Positions 14,370-28,667 of a DNA stretch of 64,000 bases are shown here, in pieces. This DNA comes from the human T2T-CHM13v2.0 reference genome, Homo sapiens. Under the pieces are notes generated by a model. That model saw only the letters and a program-made list of their open reading frames with translations, was not told the origin of the DNA and searched no databases. A program made the translations under genes and the position numbers. Position 1 is the stretch's first letter, and the number at the start of each line of letters is the position of its first letter. The stretch lies in assembly GCF_009914755.1 (NCBI RefSeq), contig NC_060936.1; one strand, 5' to 3'.

Positions 14370-17300
14370 GTAAAAGCATACTTAAGAAATAAATTCAGTG
14401 AATGATTGTTTAAAATAAATATGTGATGTTCATAAACTACCATAAAAGTTAGATTTCTCTAATAATTCAATGAGATTGCATCAAAATAAATTAGTATATA
14501 AATTGTAAAAATAACATTATAGAATTTTTAAAAATTAAGATGAATTATTGGCATACCCTAAAATTTTAGTAGAATTTTAATTGTCCATTTATCTTTCTAA
14601 TTTTATTTCTTCTTAAAGATGCACTTGTATAAATCTCTCAGGGAAGATTTGTTTATGTTTATACGGAGCATAGTCCTTGGAAAATACAGGAGGTAGTTAA
14701 TTTAATTCAGAAGGATGTCTCATTCTCTCAAATGGTACTTATTAAGTCCTGGAAGGACAATTTTTACTCTGCTCTCAACTTGCTTGTCTTTTTGAAACTG
14801 TTAGGATGGATTTAAATTTGTTTTCCCTAAGGATATAAAGTAACACTTAAAAAAATACCTTAACATTCAATTGAAATGGGTACCTGCCTCAGAAGATCTA
14901 TTTGAAACCACCAAACATCTGGATCTTTGCTGAGAATAACTGGCTAAACCAAAGCAGGAGCACAATATGTGTATTTCTCCTCTGCTTAATATTTCATTGT
15001 AATCCATTCACTATAATATGATTAATTTCTTCATCAAAGGCACAAGGAGTAGGGGAAAGAAACCACCTTTAACAATAAATTGTTTCTTTAAGTTATACAA
15101 TGCTCACAAAACACACGAATAAGGACAATATCATTTTTACATATATACCTATTTTCCCCCAAGACATATAAAATCATCTCTCAATCTCTTCCACAACAGT
15201 GTTCATCTTTTAAGCAGGCATATACTAAATGACTTAACTTCCACCTATTACAATTTGACATTGAAAAACAAATATGTATTCAAAAAATCCCCTCAAATTA
15301 CTTTAATCCAATGTAAAATTTAAAATTTGACTTGAATTTAAAAGGACATTTGTTCCCAGAGCCAGCTCCATCAGATAATACTGTGTAAGTAATTTGGGCA
15401 ATTCACAAACTCCTTGGATCTTTTCAGAATATTTTCCAGGTACAGAGTATACTTTCAAAATGAAATATTCAGCTATGTTTTGGACATACGCAGTAAGTCA
15501 CGGAGGAATTGAGATACCTAACGTATTTTATAAAAGTGGACCTCAAGCCACATTAATAAGCATAAAATATTTAAAGAGATTATAAAGAAAATCAAGAAAT
15601 TTTTTGACAAGTAATGCCTTTAATTTATTTGGGCAATTTAAGTTATCAAAGATAGTCTATTTCTAAAAATTAAATTTAATACTAGCTGATAGACTTTTGC
15701 TCTATCAGTATGATATGACATATGCATATCAAGCTGATAAAATGGGAATTATATAAACTAGAGAATTAAATATTTTTTAGAACTGAGCATGATAATTGGA
15801 ATGATTAATACAAATGTTTTCTATTTATAATTTTGTTTGCATAATCTTATAACGTTTGACTATTGAGATGGGGTTTGCTATTTGGGGGATAAAAAAATGA
15901 GTAATGTATGTTCTTACACCCACAGAGCATTTTGGCATAAAAGAACTTAATTTTTAAAACTCATCTATACCAAAAAGTAAAATTATTGTATAATATATGT
16001 GATTTTGACATTTCAAATAATACTGTCACTGATACTGGAATGTATTTCTTTTGAGTCTGTCAGAGCTCTTTGTACCTGTAACCTTCTGCCATTATTGAGA
16101 GGATGAAGGGAGAAGGCCCAAGAGCACCAGGGAAATGTCATTGATAGCAAAGGACATATGGAATACTAAAATGATTTTGTAATGTCATAGTGTAAAGATA
16201 ATCTTCAACCTTAGAATATTTCACAAGTTTATTTTCATTGACTGTAGAAATTATCTATTTTAATTTATTTTAATTTATGCTCTTACATGTGAAATGACTT
16301 TTTAAAAAACCATATTAGGTTTGATAAAACCAAATCTATGTTTAAATATTGAACCTACAACTTGGTCAGTAGATGTTGAGCAATTCTGCTCTCTGACCCT
16401 CAGTTTTTTCTCACAAGTATAAAAGTGGTAATGCCTATCTTACCTAGTTTATGGGATTTTAATGATGATCCAAGAGGAAAGGGAGAATAATTTTATAATG
16501 TGATATTTGGATTTGTGTTTGGTATGGATTTTAAATTATATATACTTTTCCTTTAATTTTTGATATTTTCATCACAAAGAAGATATTATGTGTCCATATG
16601 CTTTTTTTCCCAACAAATGGAATACATATAAAGAATGATACTTAGTACATATTGTTTGAAATACTTGTTTCATCCTGATTTCTGTTTTAAATTTTCAGTA
16701 AGACATGTGACTGTTTTAAGTTTGACTTAGTGGAGTTCTAACTGGATGACTCTCTGGCTTTATAAGCCTTTTTACTTCCAGTGAGACTCTAAGTAGGAGC
16801 ACAAAGTGGAAACTATTACCCATTGGCTGTTCATTGTACAAATCTTTTGCTTTTTGTCGTCTTTGAAATTTATATCTTTTTAATGCCCAGGGCTAATGTG
16901 ACAAGGTCAAATGGTTTTAGGTTTTCACTAATGTCCTTTGTCTTTCTGGTTTGAATTTTCTTGGAAATAATATGCACAGAATGTCGGTAAAAGGAAAAGT
17001 TCTAGAGGTTTTTTAAAAAAGGATTATACTATTAAGTTTCTACCATCCTAATGAATAGTTATAAAGGTGAATGAGTAGCCAGTTTTCTTGATTAAAATTT
17101 CAGAAGAAGAAAACAAACATGATATTAACAGCATGGTTATCTGAAAAGATTACTTTCAATATTACAAAAAGATTTTTTCAAAGCGTATATTTCTTCACTT
17201 TGATTGATTTTTGCAAAGATTTATTGATTTTTGATTCTAAAAAAAATTGTTGGTTATTTGCATTTGAGGTCTTTTTATAACCTATATGTTACCGTATAAC

Positions 17301-18319
17301 TTACTGGCTAAAAACATGAGATACTCTGAAAAAAGAAAAAAAGTTGTATTCTGAATGGTTTAATATGCCATTACTATTAATATTTCAAAATCCTTTCACT
17401 GGAAGGGTGAAGAGTTAGTATTAGAAATATATTAAGGGTAGAGCACAGAAACAATTTTCTTTTTAATAAGTACATTTATTAAAATTTTATTTTTACTTGA
17501 ATTATATTTATATATATATTGCATGTAACAATTATACAGAACGTGCTTGAATAGGAAATGTCATAAAATTGAGACTTAAACCCACTAATTATGTAAAGGT
17601 AAAGCCTGAATTTCCTCTATCCCTCCATGTCTTCCCACCCCACTTCCCTTCCCTTCCCTTGACTTTTTTTTCCTTTTCTTTACTTCAATATCAATGTGAA
17701 ATTTCAGTAAATTTCACTGTTATGGAGTATATGTACAAATAATTCAGTGTATGTAATGGCCAATACATTCTCACTTTTATTACCTTGGATATTTTTCTCC
17801 TGGAAATTGCTTTTAAGAAGTGGGATCTTATATGTTTAATATGAATGTAATATTGTATTTAGGATTGGCAACATGCAGAGAAATGTTCTCCCAGCCTCAT
17901 TATATCATCTACTTTTTCATCAGTAGTGTATCTTCTTTCTCTCTGCTAATGCTGAAAGGGATAGTACAAGGGAAGAGTGAAGGTCAATACAAGGGTTAAT
18001 CTTCTGCCACACCCCATGAGGCTTCCACTCACAGGGTTACTCTGTGAGCTTCTGACCTGAGAATATAAAAATAAGAGATTTTGTTGTTGTTGTTGGTGGT
18101 GGTGGTGTTTTCTATGGCAGTGAGTTTGTAGAAATAAAGAGGTAAAGGACCCTTCCAGGACAACTGGAGGGAGAGTATAAAAAACACGAAAGCAATAAAA
18201 GTGAAAATTAATGCATACTTATTTATTTTGTAACAGAGATAGACCTTGAGCCAAAGCATATTTTGAACAGCTATGGAATTATAGTGGGAATTAATTCAGA
18301 AGGCTTTTCTAATTGTGGC

Positions 18320-18364
<45 letters not shown>

Positions 18365-19377
18365 ACTAAGGAGTTTTTATCTTGCTTAAAGATTCAGATG
18401 AGCTGGCTTCATTTAATTTCCAAATAGCTACAGGTAATGTGATATTATGTTACACAGTAAGTGTAGACTTGTCCTAGTTGGAAATGCAAATCAAAGTAGA
18501 GTTAATTTACCCTTTATAGCTTTTGTTTCCAATGACGTGGGTATTTTTAATATCACTATTTTTGTTTGAATATGGGTTTTCGATAACAATTATAACTTAG
18601 AAGACAATAAAAACCTTTAAATGGAGGAAAATTAATTATTACTATATTATAATATGCATAATTAATTAGTATTAATTTTAAATATCAGTGTGTTTTGGCC
18701 AAGTTTAAGTCCATTCTATTGAGGTAAAACATTTTGTGTTATTCTGTTCTTATACTCATTTATTTACATATTGAGTATATTTCCAATTTAAAAGTAAGCC
18801 CAGTTTAATTTTGAATACTTACAGTACTATAATACTTTCAATTAGTAAAGAAAGATTTTTTAAAACAAAACTAGTGATTAGTTAGTTCTCCTGTTGAAAA
18901 GTAGTAATTTCTCCTGTTGAAAAGTGATTTTTCATTTGTACCTTAAAAGTTTTGGTTATGTGTTTTAGGCAGGGAGAAAAATAAATAAAAAATGTAAATT
19001 CTTTGTAAATTTGGCCTTATATGAATACAAAACAAAATAATCAGAAGAAAACACACTTATTCTTATTTAAATAGCGAATACACATGAAAATCCATGATTT
19101 TTGTGATTGAAATTAGTAATTTCAGGATTTCTTTTACAAAATGAATAGAAGTCTTCCATCATAAATACGTAGAAGTCTATAATTACTGCATTTGTAAAAA
19201 GCACTGTTAGCAAGTGCTATAATTTTATTGTACAATTATAATTGTATATATAAAATTGTATAAAATGTGTATAATTATATAATTGTATTATAAAAATGTA
19301 TTGTTATATAGTTACAATGGTAACATTAAGGACTTTCCAATTTAGAATTTTGATGAAGTTTTTGTTTTTGTTTTCAG

Positions 19378-19451
19378 CTTGACTAAAATCGTACCACTTT
19401 TTCATTTTGTTTCATTGGAAAAGCTAGATGTCAGCCACAATTGTCTTTCTG
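19378..19451 (+). CDS. LRRIQ1: LRRIQ1 exon, LRR (SLTKIVPLFHFVSLEKLDVSHNCLS)
   Basis: ttttgttttcag| acceptor, G|gtaagt donor, phase 2 to 1. Confidence 0.9.
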
Positions 19452-19799
19452 GTAAGTTTAGCATAATATATATATTTTAATAATAGACTTTTGACTTTCT
19501 GTTTCAAATATGATAAGGGGTTGTTTTAAATGCATAAGTTAATGGCATTTACATATAATAAACCTGTAAAATAAAGCATGCTGAAATAATTCACTTGAAA
19601 TTTTATTTCCACTTTTACAGTCATATTACTTCCACATCTTTCTGGTAGGCCTAGCCAAAGTCACAGTTATCCTTTTATTTAAAAGTCATACATCTTTTAC
19701 TTATGAAATATATAGCCTAATGAAGATGAGCAAACAGTATACCTTTCTAACAGGTATAGAGTAGTCACTCATTAAAAATTTATTAAAGAATCATGACTT

Positions 19800-21120
19800 G
19801 AATTGACTCCTTCCTTTCTTCAAAATTTCCTCATTCCCAGTCCCAGTCAGTCCACTCCTAGAGGCAGCCACAGACTGAATTTATCACCACACATTAATTT
19901 TGTCTTTATATTAATTGGATCAAACAGTACATTCCTTTTTTTCTACAACTTTCTTTGTGTGATATTAGCATCTGACATTCTACCACTTTATATATTTATT
20001 AAATATATTTATTTTTCTGAAGTGTAAGGGATATATGAATATATCACAGTTTGTTTATCCATTCCCCTGTTGAACATACTTTGATTGTTTGTGGTTGGGG
20101 GTTTATGAATACAAAGTTCCTATGGTTCTTGTACAAGTATTTTTGCAGGCTTAAGTTTTCTCTTCTCTTGGGTAAATGTGTAAGAGTATAATTGTTGGAT
20201 AATAGAGTAGGTGTAACTCTAAAAGAAACTGACATACTATTTTCCAAAGTAGTTGGAACATTTTACAACCACACCAGAAATAAGAGTTACAATTGCTCCA
20301 TTCTTGAGAGCTTTTAATAATTTACTATGTTATCTCATTGTGGTTTTAGTTTGCATTGACCTGATGAATAAAGACGTTGAACTTCTTTACAAGTGTTTAT
20401 TGGTGATTTTTGCACCCTCTTTTGTTGTGTCTATTCAAGTGTTTCACCATTTTGGAAATGTGACTATTTTTATTTTTCTTATTGATCTATAAAAATGTTT
20501 ACATATTCTGGACATCATTGTCTTATAAATTTCTAGCCTTTGTTTTACCTATCAATTTTCTAAATGGTATATTTAGATGAGTAGATATTTTTAATTTTTT
20601 CGTTATTTTTGTGTGTCCTTTTATAATAAAATTTTCACTCCCAGGTTGAAAAGATAATTTTCTGTGCTTTATTCTAGAAGCTTTTGTACTTTCAGTTTTT
20701 TACTGTTAGGCCTATGATCCCTCTCAAATTAATTTTTATGTATGGTGTGAAGTAGAGGTTGAGTTCATTTTTTATATGGATATCGAATTGTTCTAGCCAC
20801 ACTGGTTGAATAACCTTTTTTTTTCATAATCGAATTACTTTGCCACCTTTGTGCAAAAATTGTTTTACATTTTGTTTTCTTTGGGATATGTTTCCATTGA
20901 TTGCTTTTCTCATAACTATGGCTTATGTTTTCCTATTTCTTTGGATGTCTAGTAAATTTTAACTATTTGTTGAACATTGTAGATAATTCTACATTGAACA
21001 TTGTAGATAGTTCAGTAAGTCAGGGTGTTGTTGTCTTCCTTTAAAGGATGATAAGTTTTATTCTTGCAGGAAGTCAAATTAATTATGAATAATTTTTAAA
21101 TAATTTTTTTCCTGCCGGGC
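19800..21120 (-). mobile_element. Ancient L1M fragments
   Basis: Degenerate L1M 3'-end motifs (TTTGTTTATCCATTC, TATCTCATTGTGGTTTT, TTTATGTATGGTGTGAAGTAG). Confidence 0.6.
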
Positions 21121-21170
21121 TTAGTTTTATTCTATTTTAGGACAGGTCATTTTAGTTTTCTTTCTTTCTA

Positions 21171-21477
<307 letters not shown>

Positions 21478-21897
21478 TGACTTTTTTAAGGTAAAAAGGT
21501 CCATGCAATCTATTTTGTTGTATATACAATTTTAACACTTATCCTATTACTTTAGATTTTACTTCTTCAGATTTTGTGCTTACAATCTGTCACAAACTAT
21601 TCTAAGTCTTTTACACACATTATCTCATTTAATCCTAACCCTATAAGACAGATATGAACCCGAATTGTAAAGCAGATTTGCAAAAGTTCACACAGCTGTT
21701 AAATGGTAGAAACATATATTCTGACAATAGTCTGTGTCCTTAACACAGTCTTCTTTAAAAAGCATATAGCATTCTGCAGAAGAAATAAAAATATTGCTTT
21801 TCTTTAATAGCAAACCAGTAAATACAGTGGTCATAGATTTATGATATTTGTTCTAAATCTGTGATGATACCTTTCAAAATGATTTTATTTTCTGTAG

Positions 21898-21991
21898 ATC
21901 TTAAAAGTGCCATAAAATGGTTTGATGCATGCTATTCTCTCCATGAATTGTCTCTTACTGGAAACCCACTTCTTCAAGAAACAAACTGGAG
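21898..21991 (+). CDS. LRRIQ1: LRRIQ1 exon, last LRR and cap start (DLKSAIKWFDACYSLHELSLTGNPLLQETNW)
   Basis: ttttctgtag| acceptor, AG|gtaaag donor, LxxLxLxGNP motif, phase 1 to 2. Confidence 0.9.
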
Positions 21992-22579
21992 GTAAAGAGG
22001 CATTGTTGCACCCCATGTATATCCATTATTATAGTTGCAGAAAAAAGTTTGATAAAAATTGTCCTGTGAATAACAATTACCTAGGATAAGTTAATTAAAA
22101 AATTAAAAGTCATTTTAAACCAAAAAAGTTTTGTAAAAGTAGTTTTAAAAATGTTTTTATTCTAAAATAATTTTCTTGCACATGTGTGAACTAATACAAA
22201 ATTGAAATTAAAATTGTAATGTAAACCATTAATTATGTGACAAGTTTAGTGTGATATTAACTTGGGTTTTGCATTTATAGAAAATATATTTGTTGAGAAT
22301 TGCTTTTTTGCCAATAATATAATTACATAGCTTCCTACTTAAATTGTTTCCTTTTTGAGAGTAATTTGGTTTTGTTTTATTTTCCTAATAGAGAAGGATG
22401 GTGTCTGTTAAAAAGTTTGTGTTATAAGCATATTTAAATTCTTGCTCCTCTTTGGAATATTGCAATACCTAAATGTAAACCAAGAAAAATATTTTGTAAT
22501 TTTTAATACATTTTTGTAGAAAAAAGTTTTCTCATTTACACTTCTAATAATATACTAACACGATTTCCCCCAAATTGAC

Positions 22580-23700
22580 CACCATCTTTTTTCAAAAATT
22601 AGCTATTTTGTGATAACTTACATAGCATAATTTTTATCATTTTTGTTTATGAATATGAATATTTTGTGAAAAACTGGACATTTTTATCACCTTAAGAAAT
22701 ACCTCATGCTTTTTTGCAATAAGTTCCCTCCCCTAGTATTTTAAAAACATCTCTCCACTCTTTTATGGCTTTCATTGTTTCTGGTGAGAAATGTCTACTG
22801 ACATTCTTGTCTTTCTTTCTCTAAGAATGATTTTAAGATTTTCTCTTGATCACTGGTATTCAACAATTTGATTACAGTATGTTTTGGTGTGGTTGCATTT
22901 AGTTTACTTGGGATTTATCACACTTTTTGGATCTGCCATTTTCATAAAATTTGGAAAATTTATGGCCATTTTTTTTTCAGATTTTTTTGTTCTCCCTTTC
23001 ACTACCTATTCTGCCCTAGTAGCACTCCAGTTTCAACAATATCAGACCACTTGAATTATCCCAGGAGTTGCTGTTGTTTTCTTTTACTTATTATTATTTA
23101 TTTCCCTTTCCATGCCTCACTCACTCCGAATAGTTTCTATTGCTTTGTCTTCAAATTCTCTGATATTTTCTGTTTAAGTATCTACTCTGCTTTCAGACTC
23201 ATCTATTTTTCATTTCTGATTGCAGATATATTTTTCCTCTATATAAATTTGTGTATTTCTTTAACATTTGTAATTTCTCTTCTAATCATGCTCATGCTTT
23301 CTGGAACCTTCTGGAACATATGGAAAATAATAATAGCTGTATTAATTTAACTTCCTTATCTGTTCTTTCCATCATCTCTATCATTTGAAGGTCTACTTGT
23401 ATTGAATTTTTTTTCACTGATTCTGGATCATATTTCTCTGCTTCATTGCATGCCTGGTCAGTATTGGTTGTATTCTGGACATTTTGAATTTTATATTCCC
23501 AATGCTTAATTTCATTGTATTACTTTAAATAGCCTCTATTTTATGTTTGGTGTGCAGTGGCTAAGTTACTTGGCACTAATGCGATACTTTCTAAGCTTGC
23601 TTTTAAGTTCTGTTAGAATGGTCCAAAGAAATCGTTGGAGTAATGCTAATTTAGCCCTACTACTATGATGACAATTTTCTGAGTATTTTTTCCAGATGTC
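22580..23700 (-). mobile_element. Ancient L1M-type fragments
   Basis: T-rich degenerate L1ME-like sequence (TTGTTTCTGGTGAGAAA, AAATTTGGAAAATTTATGGCCATT). Confidence 0.5.
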
Positions 23701-23705
23701 TCATA

Positions 23706-23803
23706 TAGAGACAGGCTGGTCTCGAACTCCTGGGCTCAAGAAATCCTCCCACCTCAGTCTCCCAAAGTGCTGGGATAACAGATGTGAGCCACTGTGCCCG
23801 GTC
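23706..23803 (-). mobile_element. Alu left-arm fragment (AluJ/FLAM-like)
   Basis: GGCTGGTCTCGAACTCCTGGGCTCAAG...CCCAAAGTGCTGGGAT..GTGAGCCACTGTGCCCGG. Confidence 0.8.
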
Positions 23804-24960
23804 TTCTATGTATTCTTTTAACTTTGCCTGTGGGAACTAATCTCCTATGTCAGTTCCTATAGTTCTGCCTTCAGTTTCTACTGGTCCTTTCCCCTGAATT
23901 TAGATGGCTTTTTCTTACACATCAACAGAAGATTACTGATTTGCCAAGTTTAAGTGAATTACCTCCCAGAATACTGAGAGAATTTGCATATGTCCACTGT
24001 GAAATTTTCCACTGTGGAATTGGTGATCATTCTGGCTTACACTTTTGTCTTTTTTTATGCTCAGAACATTCACTTTTGAGATGGTTTCACATTATTTATT
24101 GTACATTTGACATTTTTATACTGTCATTTCACTGGTACATCAAGGCAGGATAAGCCAAGCATAAACAAGGCTACAATTTAGGAAAATGAGTTTGCCAATA
24201 CAAACATGCTAAGTATAGGGGAAGGCACACATTTACTAAAATACATATTAGGTAGCAAAATATGTATTAGGACCATTAGAGTTTAAATCAAATCAGGAAA
24301 ACTTGTCAATTTGTTCAGGCAGTTAAAATACATTTATGAACAAAACACAAACTAAAAAAAAAATAGCTATAACACCTGATCCTAGGGCAGAAGCTGTTGA
24401 ATTTTTGCCCTGATTTGGTTTCTCTGCAAGGTGTGGCCATGTCCAGGAAGATCCTGGATCTGACAATTTCAGAGGAGTATAAGATATATTACAGAAGAAT
24501 TAAATGTCTGGTTATGTTTAAAATTCCCATATCTGACTTAATGTACCTGTAGAACAAGCTATTAGAGTCTGGGGAATAGTCTGTCTTCCCACTCTTGTCT
24601 GAGGCTACTGCAAACCTCTGACATTCTTTCTAGGTTAATTTGTTTCCTGGATTTGTTACTTGGTCTTTGGTTAAGAAGGTAGAAGCATTTTTACACTAAC
24701 TCAAACACCTATGTAATTTACTGCATATTGGTAACTTGTATATCTTAGAAGAGTTATTATCTTGGCCCAGAAAGTCCATTTTTCTTTCTTTTTTCTTTAG
24801 AGCCAGGTTTCCAAAAAAGTTTCTAATAGTACAATGTTATTTAGGGAAATCTGGCATGTTTCCACGTTTTAGAAAAAAATTTGTCAACTTCCAGTTTAGA
24901 AATGTCTTTTCCAAGTGTACGTTAAGCTGTGCAGCACAGATGAAAGAGTATGACCTAGTA

Positions 24961-25148
24961 CAGTGGTTCTCAAAGGTGTGTCTCTTGACCAGCATCAGTC
25001 ATCATCACCTGGAAACCCAGCAGAAATGCAGTATTTTTGACACCATCCAAGCCTACTGAATCAGAAACCTAGGAATGGTGTTCAGTAATCTGTACTTTAA
25101 GAAGCCCTTTTGATGATTCTGATATATACTAAAGTTTGAAAACCACCA
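24961..25148. mobile_element. MER5A-type hAT MITE
   Basis: CAGTGGTTCTCAAA ... AAGTTTGAAAACCACC termini; internal CCTACTGAATCAGAAAC. Confidence 0.8.
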
Positions 25149-25179
25149 TTTTAAAACAAGGATATTCTACCCCTACCCC

Positions 25180-25460
25180 ATACTGTGTGATCCTGGACAA
25201 GTAACTTAATTTTCTTTTTTAGATATGTGGTCTTTCTATGTTGCCCAGGATGGCCTTGAACTCCTGGACTTAAGCATTTCCTTTACCAAAGCCTCCTGAG
25301 TAGCTGGGACAAGAGGTGTATGCCACCATGTCCAGCTCTAACTTAACTTTTTTATGTCTCTGAATCCCCAGTAGTAAAATGAGGATGATAGTCTCATGGG
25401 GTGGTTATGAGAACTGAATGGTATAATACGCATAATTTATTTAGAACAATTCTTAGAACG
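25180..25460. mobile_element. MIR interrupted by a monomeric Alu (FLAM/FAM, ~25213-25338, - strand)
   Basis: MIR core CTGTGTGATCCTGGACAAGTAACTTAA; TSD-like TAACTTAATTT / TAACTTAACTT flank the monomer. Confidence 0.7.
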
Positions 25461-25699
25461 TGGTAAGATAATGAAAATTTACTATTTCCCATTACCATGT
25501 TAACCAGATTATATATGGGATCTTATTTAATCACCAAGTATTTTATGAACTCCTCCTGTATGCAGTGTCCTCAGTGTCCTAACATGTTGGACATTATGAA
25601 GGAGATTTAATGTAACCCATAATTTTAAGACATTTTTCTAATCATACTGGGGAGATAAAATGTAGGCACAGAATTGATAACCATGAAAAATAATAATGA

Positions 25700-25925
25700 T
25701 CAAAACCACTAATACAACATTCACTCTGTGCTCAACACTGTTCTCATTTAATCTATACAATATGCCTAATAATTATGTATGTAACCCAGCCTCCCATTTT
25801 ATAGTTGAGGAAACTGAGTCCCATAAAGGCTAAATAACTTGACCAAGGTTACATAGCTATCAAGTAGAGGAGCCAGGAAATCTAACTCATGCAGTCTGGC
25901 TGCAAAATCTACGCTTGTAACTCTT
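25700..25925. mobile_element. MIR
   Basis: CCCATTTTATAGTTGAGGAAACTGAG..AATAACTTGACCAAGGTTACATAGCT core. Confidence 0.8.
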
Positions 25926-26674
25926 AGAGTTTTTGTGTCTAATAAAACACTAGTGTCAAATGATTATTGTAGGCAACATATAAGCTTTAAAAATTTAGAA
26001 AAATCATCTCAGTTTAGTGTGACAAGGAGAAACGGCCTTGGCTAAAGGGGCACACTTTTAGTTAAACCTCAGAAGTTTGCTAAGATTTAAAATCATAAAG
26101 AACTAATAAAAGCAATTCTGGGGGAGGAATATCCAAGAAAAGTAAGGAAGGTCAGATGTAGCTAGACTCTGTTTGAAGCTAGTCTATTCAGATGTAAAAT
26201 GGGTATACTGGGAAATACCATTGGAAGGAGATGAGAAATCAAGTACTTACAGTGGTCAGAGAATAGACGAAGTACTCTCTCTATATATTACTTTATTTCA
26301 CAGCACCCCTGTAAGTTGGGTTCTGTAATTGTCATTCTCATTTTAGAGAGGTATTTACAAAAGCCTAGAAACCTTATGATTTGAATAGTACTTATCTCAT
26401 AGGGTAATATAGGTTAGGCTTCATAAAAAATAACCCAGAAATCTGTGTGGTTCAATACTAGATTATTTCTTGTTTACATTACATTTGATGTGGGTTCAGC
26501 CTGTATAATGTAGGCAGACTCAGAAACTCAGGCTGCTTCCATTTTGTAGACCTGTTTCATGTGGCTTCACTGTACTTGGCTTTTGTAAGCTAGTGGATTG
26601 TGGTAGGAGAGAGGGAAAGGGACCGACCATAGGGAAGGGTACAACTGACATATAACCACTCTGCTTTCACAGGT

Positions 26675-26887
26675 GGCAGTCATCACTTCACTCATATTCC
26701 ATTCCGTTGACTGGTTCCATTCATGTAACTGGTCATATCACCAAACCTACTGCACGAGAGGCTAGAAAAGGTAAAGAACAAGGCAGTCATCACTTCACTC
26801 ATATTCCACTCCGTTGACTAGTTCCATTCGTGTAACTAGTCATATCACCAAACCTACTTCACAAGAGGCTAGAAAAGGTAAAGAACA
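26675..26887. repeat. Tandem duplication, 2 x 106 bp (26675-26780, 26782-26887), inside an MLT1-like LTR remnant
   Basis: Manual alignment shows 6 mismatches in 106 bp. Confidence 0.95.
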
Positions 26888-27309
26888 TCAGCCAACACTA
26901 ACAGTCTGTGTGAAGGCTAAATATGCTACCACATGAAAGCAATTTATAGAGTGCCTCTCACCTGCCACACTAAGAAAATATTAGCTATTGTTTTTAGTGA
27001 GCAATAGAGAACATTTGAATATATGTGTGGTTATAAAAATGGTAGATTACATGTTTAGTTCTGAATATATTTCTGGCATTGTCCCAGACATTTTGTATTT
27101 CTACCAGAAATAAGCATTTTGGGAAGACTTTTTTCATCAGCAAACCGATAAGAGATTAGGAAACAAGTGACCAAATTTATTAGAGTCCAGGAATTATAAA
27201 GGGCTAAAATTCAGTCATGGAAATAGCCCCAAATTATTGTACAGATTCTTCCAGAATAGAGCTGGAAGGGGACATATGTACCATATATATGTATATGGTA
27301 TTAGACATT

Positions 27310-27347
<38 letters not shown>

Positions 27348-27357
27348 TCTCTCTCTC
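27310..27357. repeat. Compound (TA)n(CA)n(CT)n microsatellite
   Basis: Directly visible. Confidence 0.95.
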
Positions 27358-27890
27358 AATTCTTTCATTTTGTTAATAAATAAAAATTGAGGTGCAGAGA
27401 TTAATTAGCATACATTAGATACGACATGTTTGCATGCACAGTTTTCTAAAAAATGTCAAAATATCTAAAAAATGATTTCTAAAAACATCTGAAGTATAAA
27501 AGTTTCCAGAGATGGAAAGATTAAATAAATATTGTTCATTTTATTATATCCTTGGATAGGACATTCTTCAATCTTGCATAGTTTATCATCTCCTGAATAG
27601 CTAGACTACATCTTCTTAGATTTGGATCTATTTTCTCTTAAAATGATTTTTATAGGGTTTATACCCTTGATATTATTTCCTCTCTTTTATTTACACATAG
27701 TTTTTAAAATCAATATTAATATTTTCTATTAATATTAAAGTTAATGTATAAATAGGCTATTTCTATACTTTTTATATTAATAGCATAAGAAATATTTCTA
27801 ACTTGGAATATATATTGTTTTCCCATTCATACTAAACATATGCTATTATTTTCTCATGGCTTTCTTTTGCTTTTTAAGAGTTTTGCTTCT

Positions 27891-28629
27891 AAATCAAAAC
27901 CACTATGAGATATCATCTCACACCAGTTAGAATGGCAATCATTAAAAAGTCAGGAAACAACAGGTGCTGGAGAGGATGCGGAGAAATAGGAACACTTTTA
28001 CACTGTTGGTGGGACTGTAAACTAGTTCAACCATTGTGGAAGTCAGTGTGGCGATTCCTCAGGGATCTAGAACTAGAAATACCATTTGACCCAGCCATCC
28101 CATTACTGGGTATATACCCAAATGAGTATAAATCATGCTGCTATAAAGACACATGCACACGTATGTTTATTGCGGCACTATTCACAATAGCAAAGACTTG
28201 GAACCAACCCAAATGTCCAACAATGATAGACTGGATTAAGAAAATGTGGCACATATACACCATGGAATACTATGCAGCCATAAAAAATGATGAGTTCATA
28301 TCCTTTGTAGGGACATGGATGAAATTGGAAACCATCATTCTCAGTAAACTATCGCAAGAACAAAAAACCAAACACCGCATATTCTCACTCATAGGTGGGA
28401 ATTGAACAATGAGATCACATGGACACAGGAAGGGGAATATCACACTCTGGGGACTGTGGTGGGGTCGGGGGAGGGGGGAGGGATAGCATTGGGAGATATA
28501 CCTAATGCTAGATGACACATTAGTGGGTGCAGTGCACCAGCATGGCACATGTATACATATGTAACTAACCTGCACAATGTGCACATGTACCCTAAAACTT
28601 AGAGTATAATAAAAAAAAAAAAAAAAGAA

Positions 28630-28662
<33 letters not shown>
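27891..28662 (+). mobile_element. L1HS Ta-1, 5'-truncated (~720 bp plus poly-A)
   Basis: Perfect 15-bp TSD AAGAGTTTTGCTTCT (27876-27890, 28663-28677); GATGACACATTAG (ACA) and CTTAGAGTATAAT (G) Ta diagnostics; CCAAATGAGTATAAA Ta-1 alleles; intact ORF2 C-terminus 27905-28405. Confidence 0.95.

Positions 28663-28667
<5 letters not shown>

Noticed and set aside
22868-23350. 160-aa hydrophobic ORF
   Set aside because: T-rich antisense L1M sequence gives spurious F/L/I-rich frames.
26675-26887. Direct repeats considered as a CRISPR-like array
   Set aside because: Only two adjacent long copies, no spacers, mammalian context.
27905-28405. Intact 166-aa ORF
   Set aside because: Only the C-terminus of L1 ORF2 in a 5'-truncated copy with no promoter; not retrotransposition competent.
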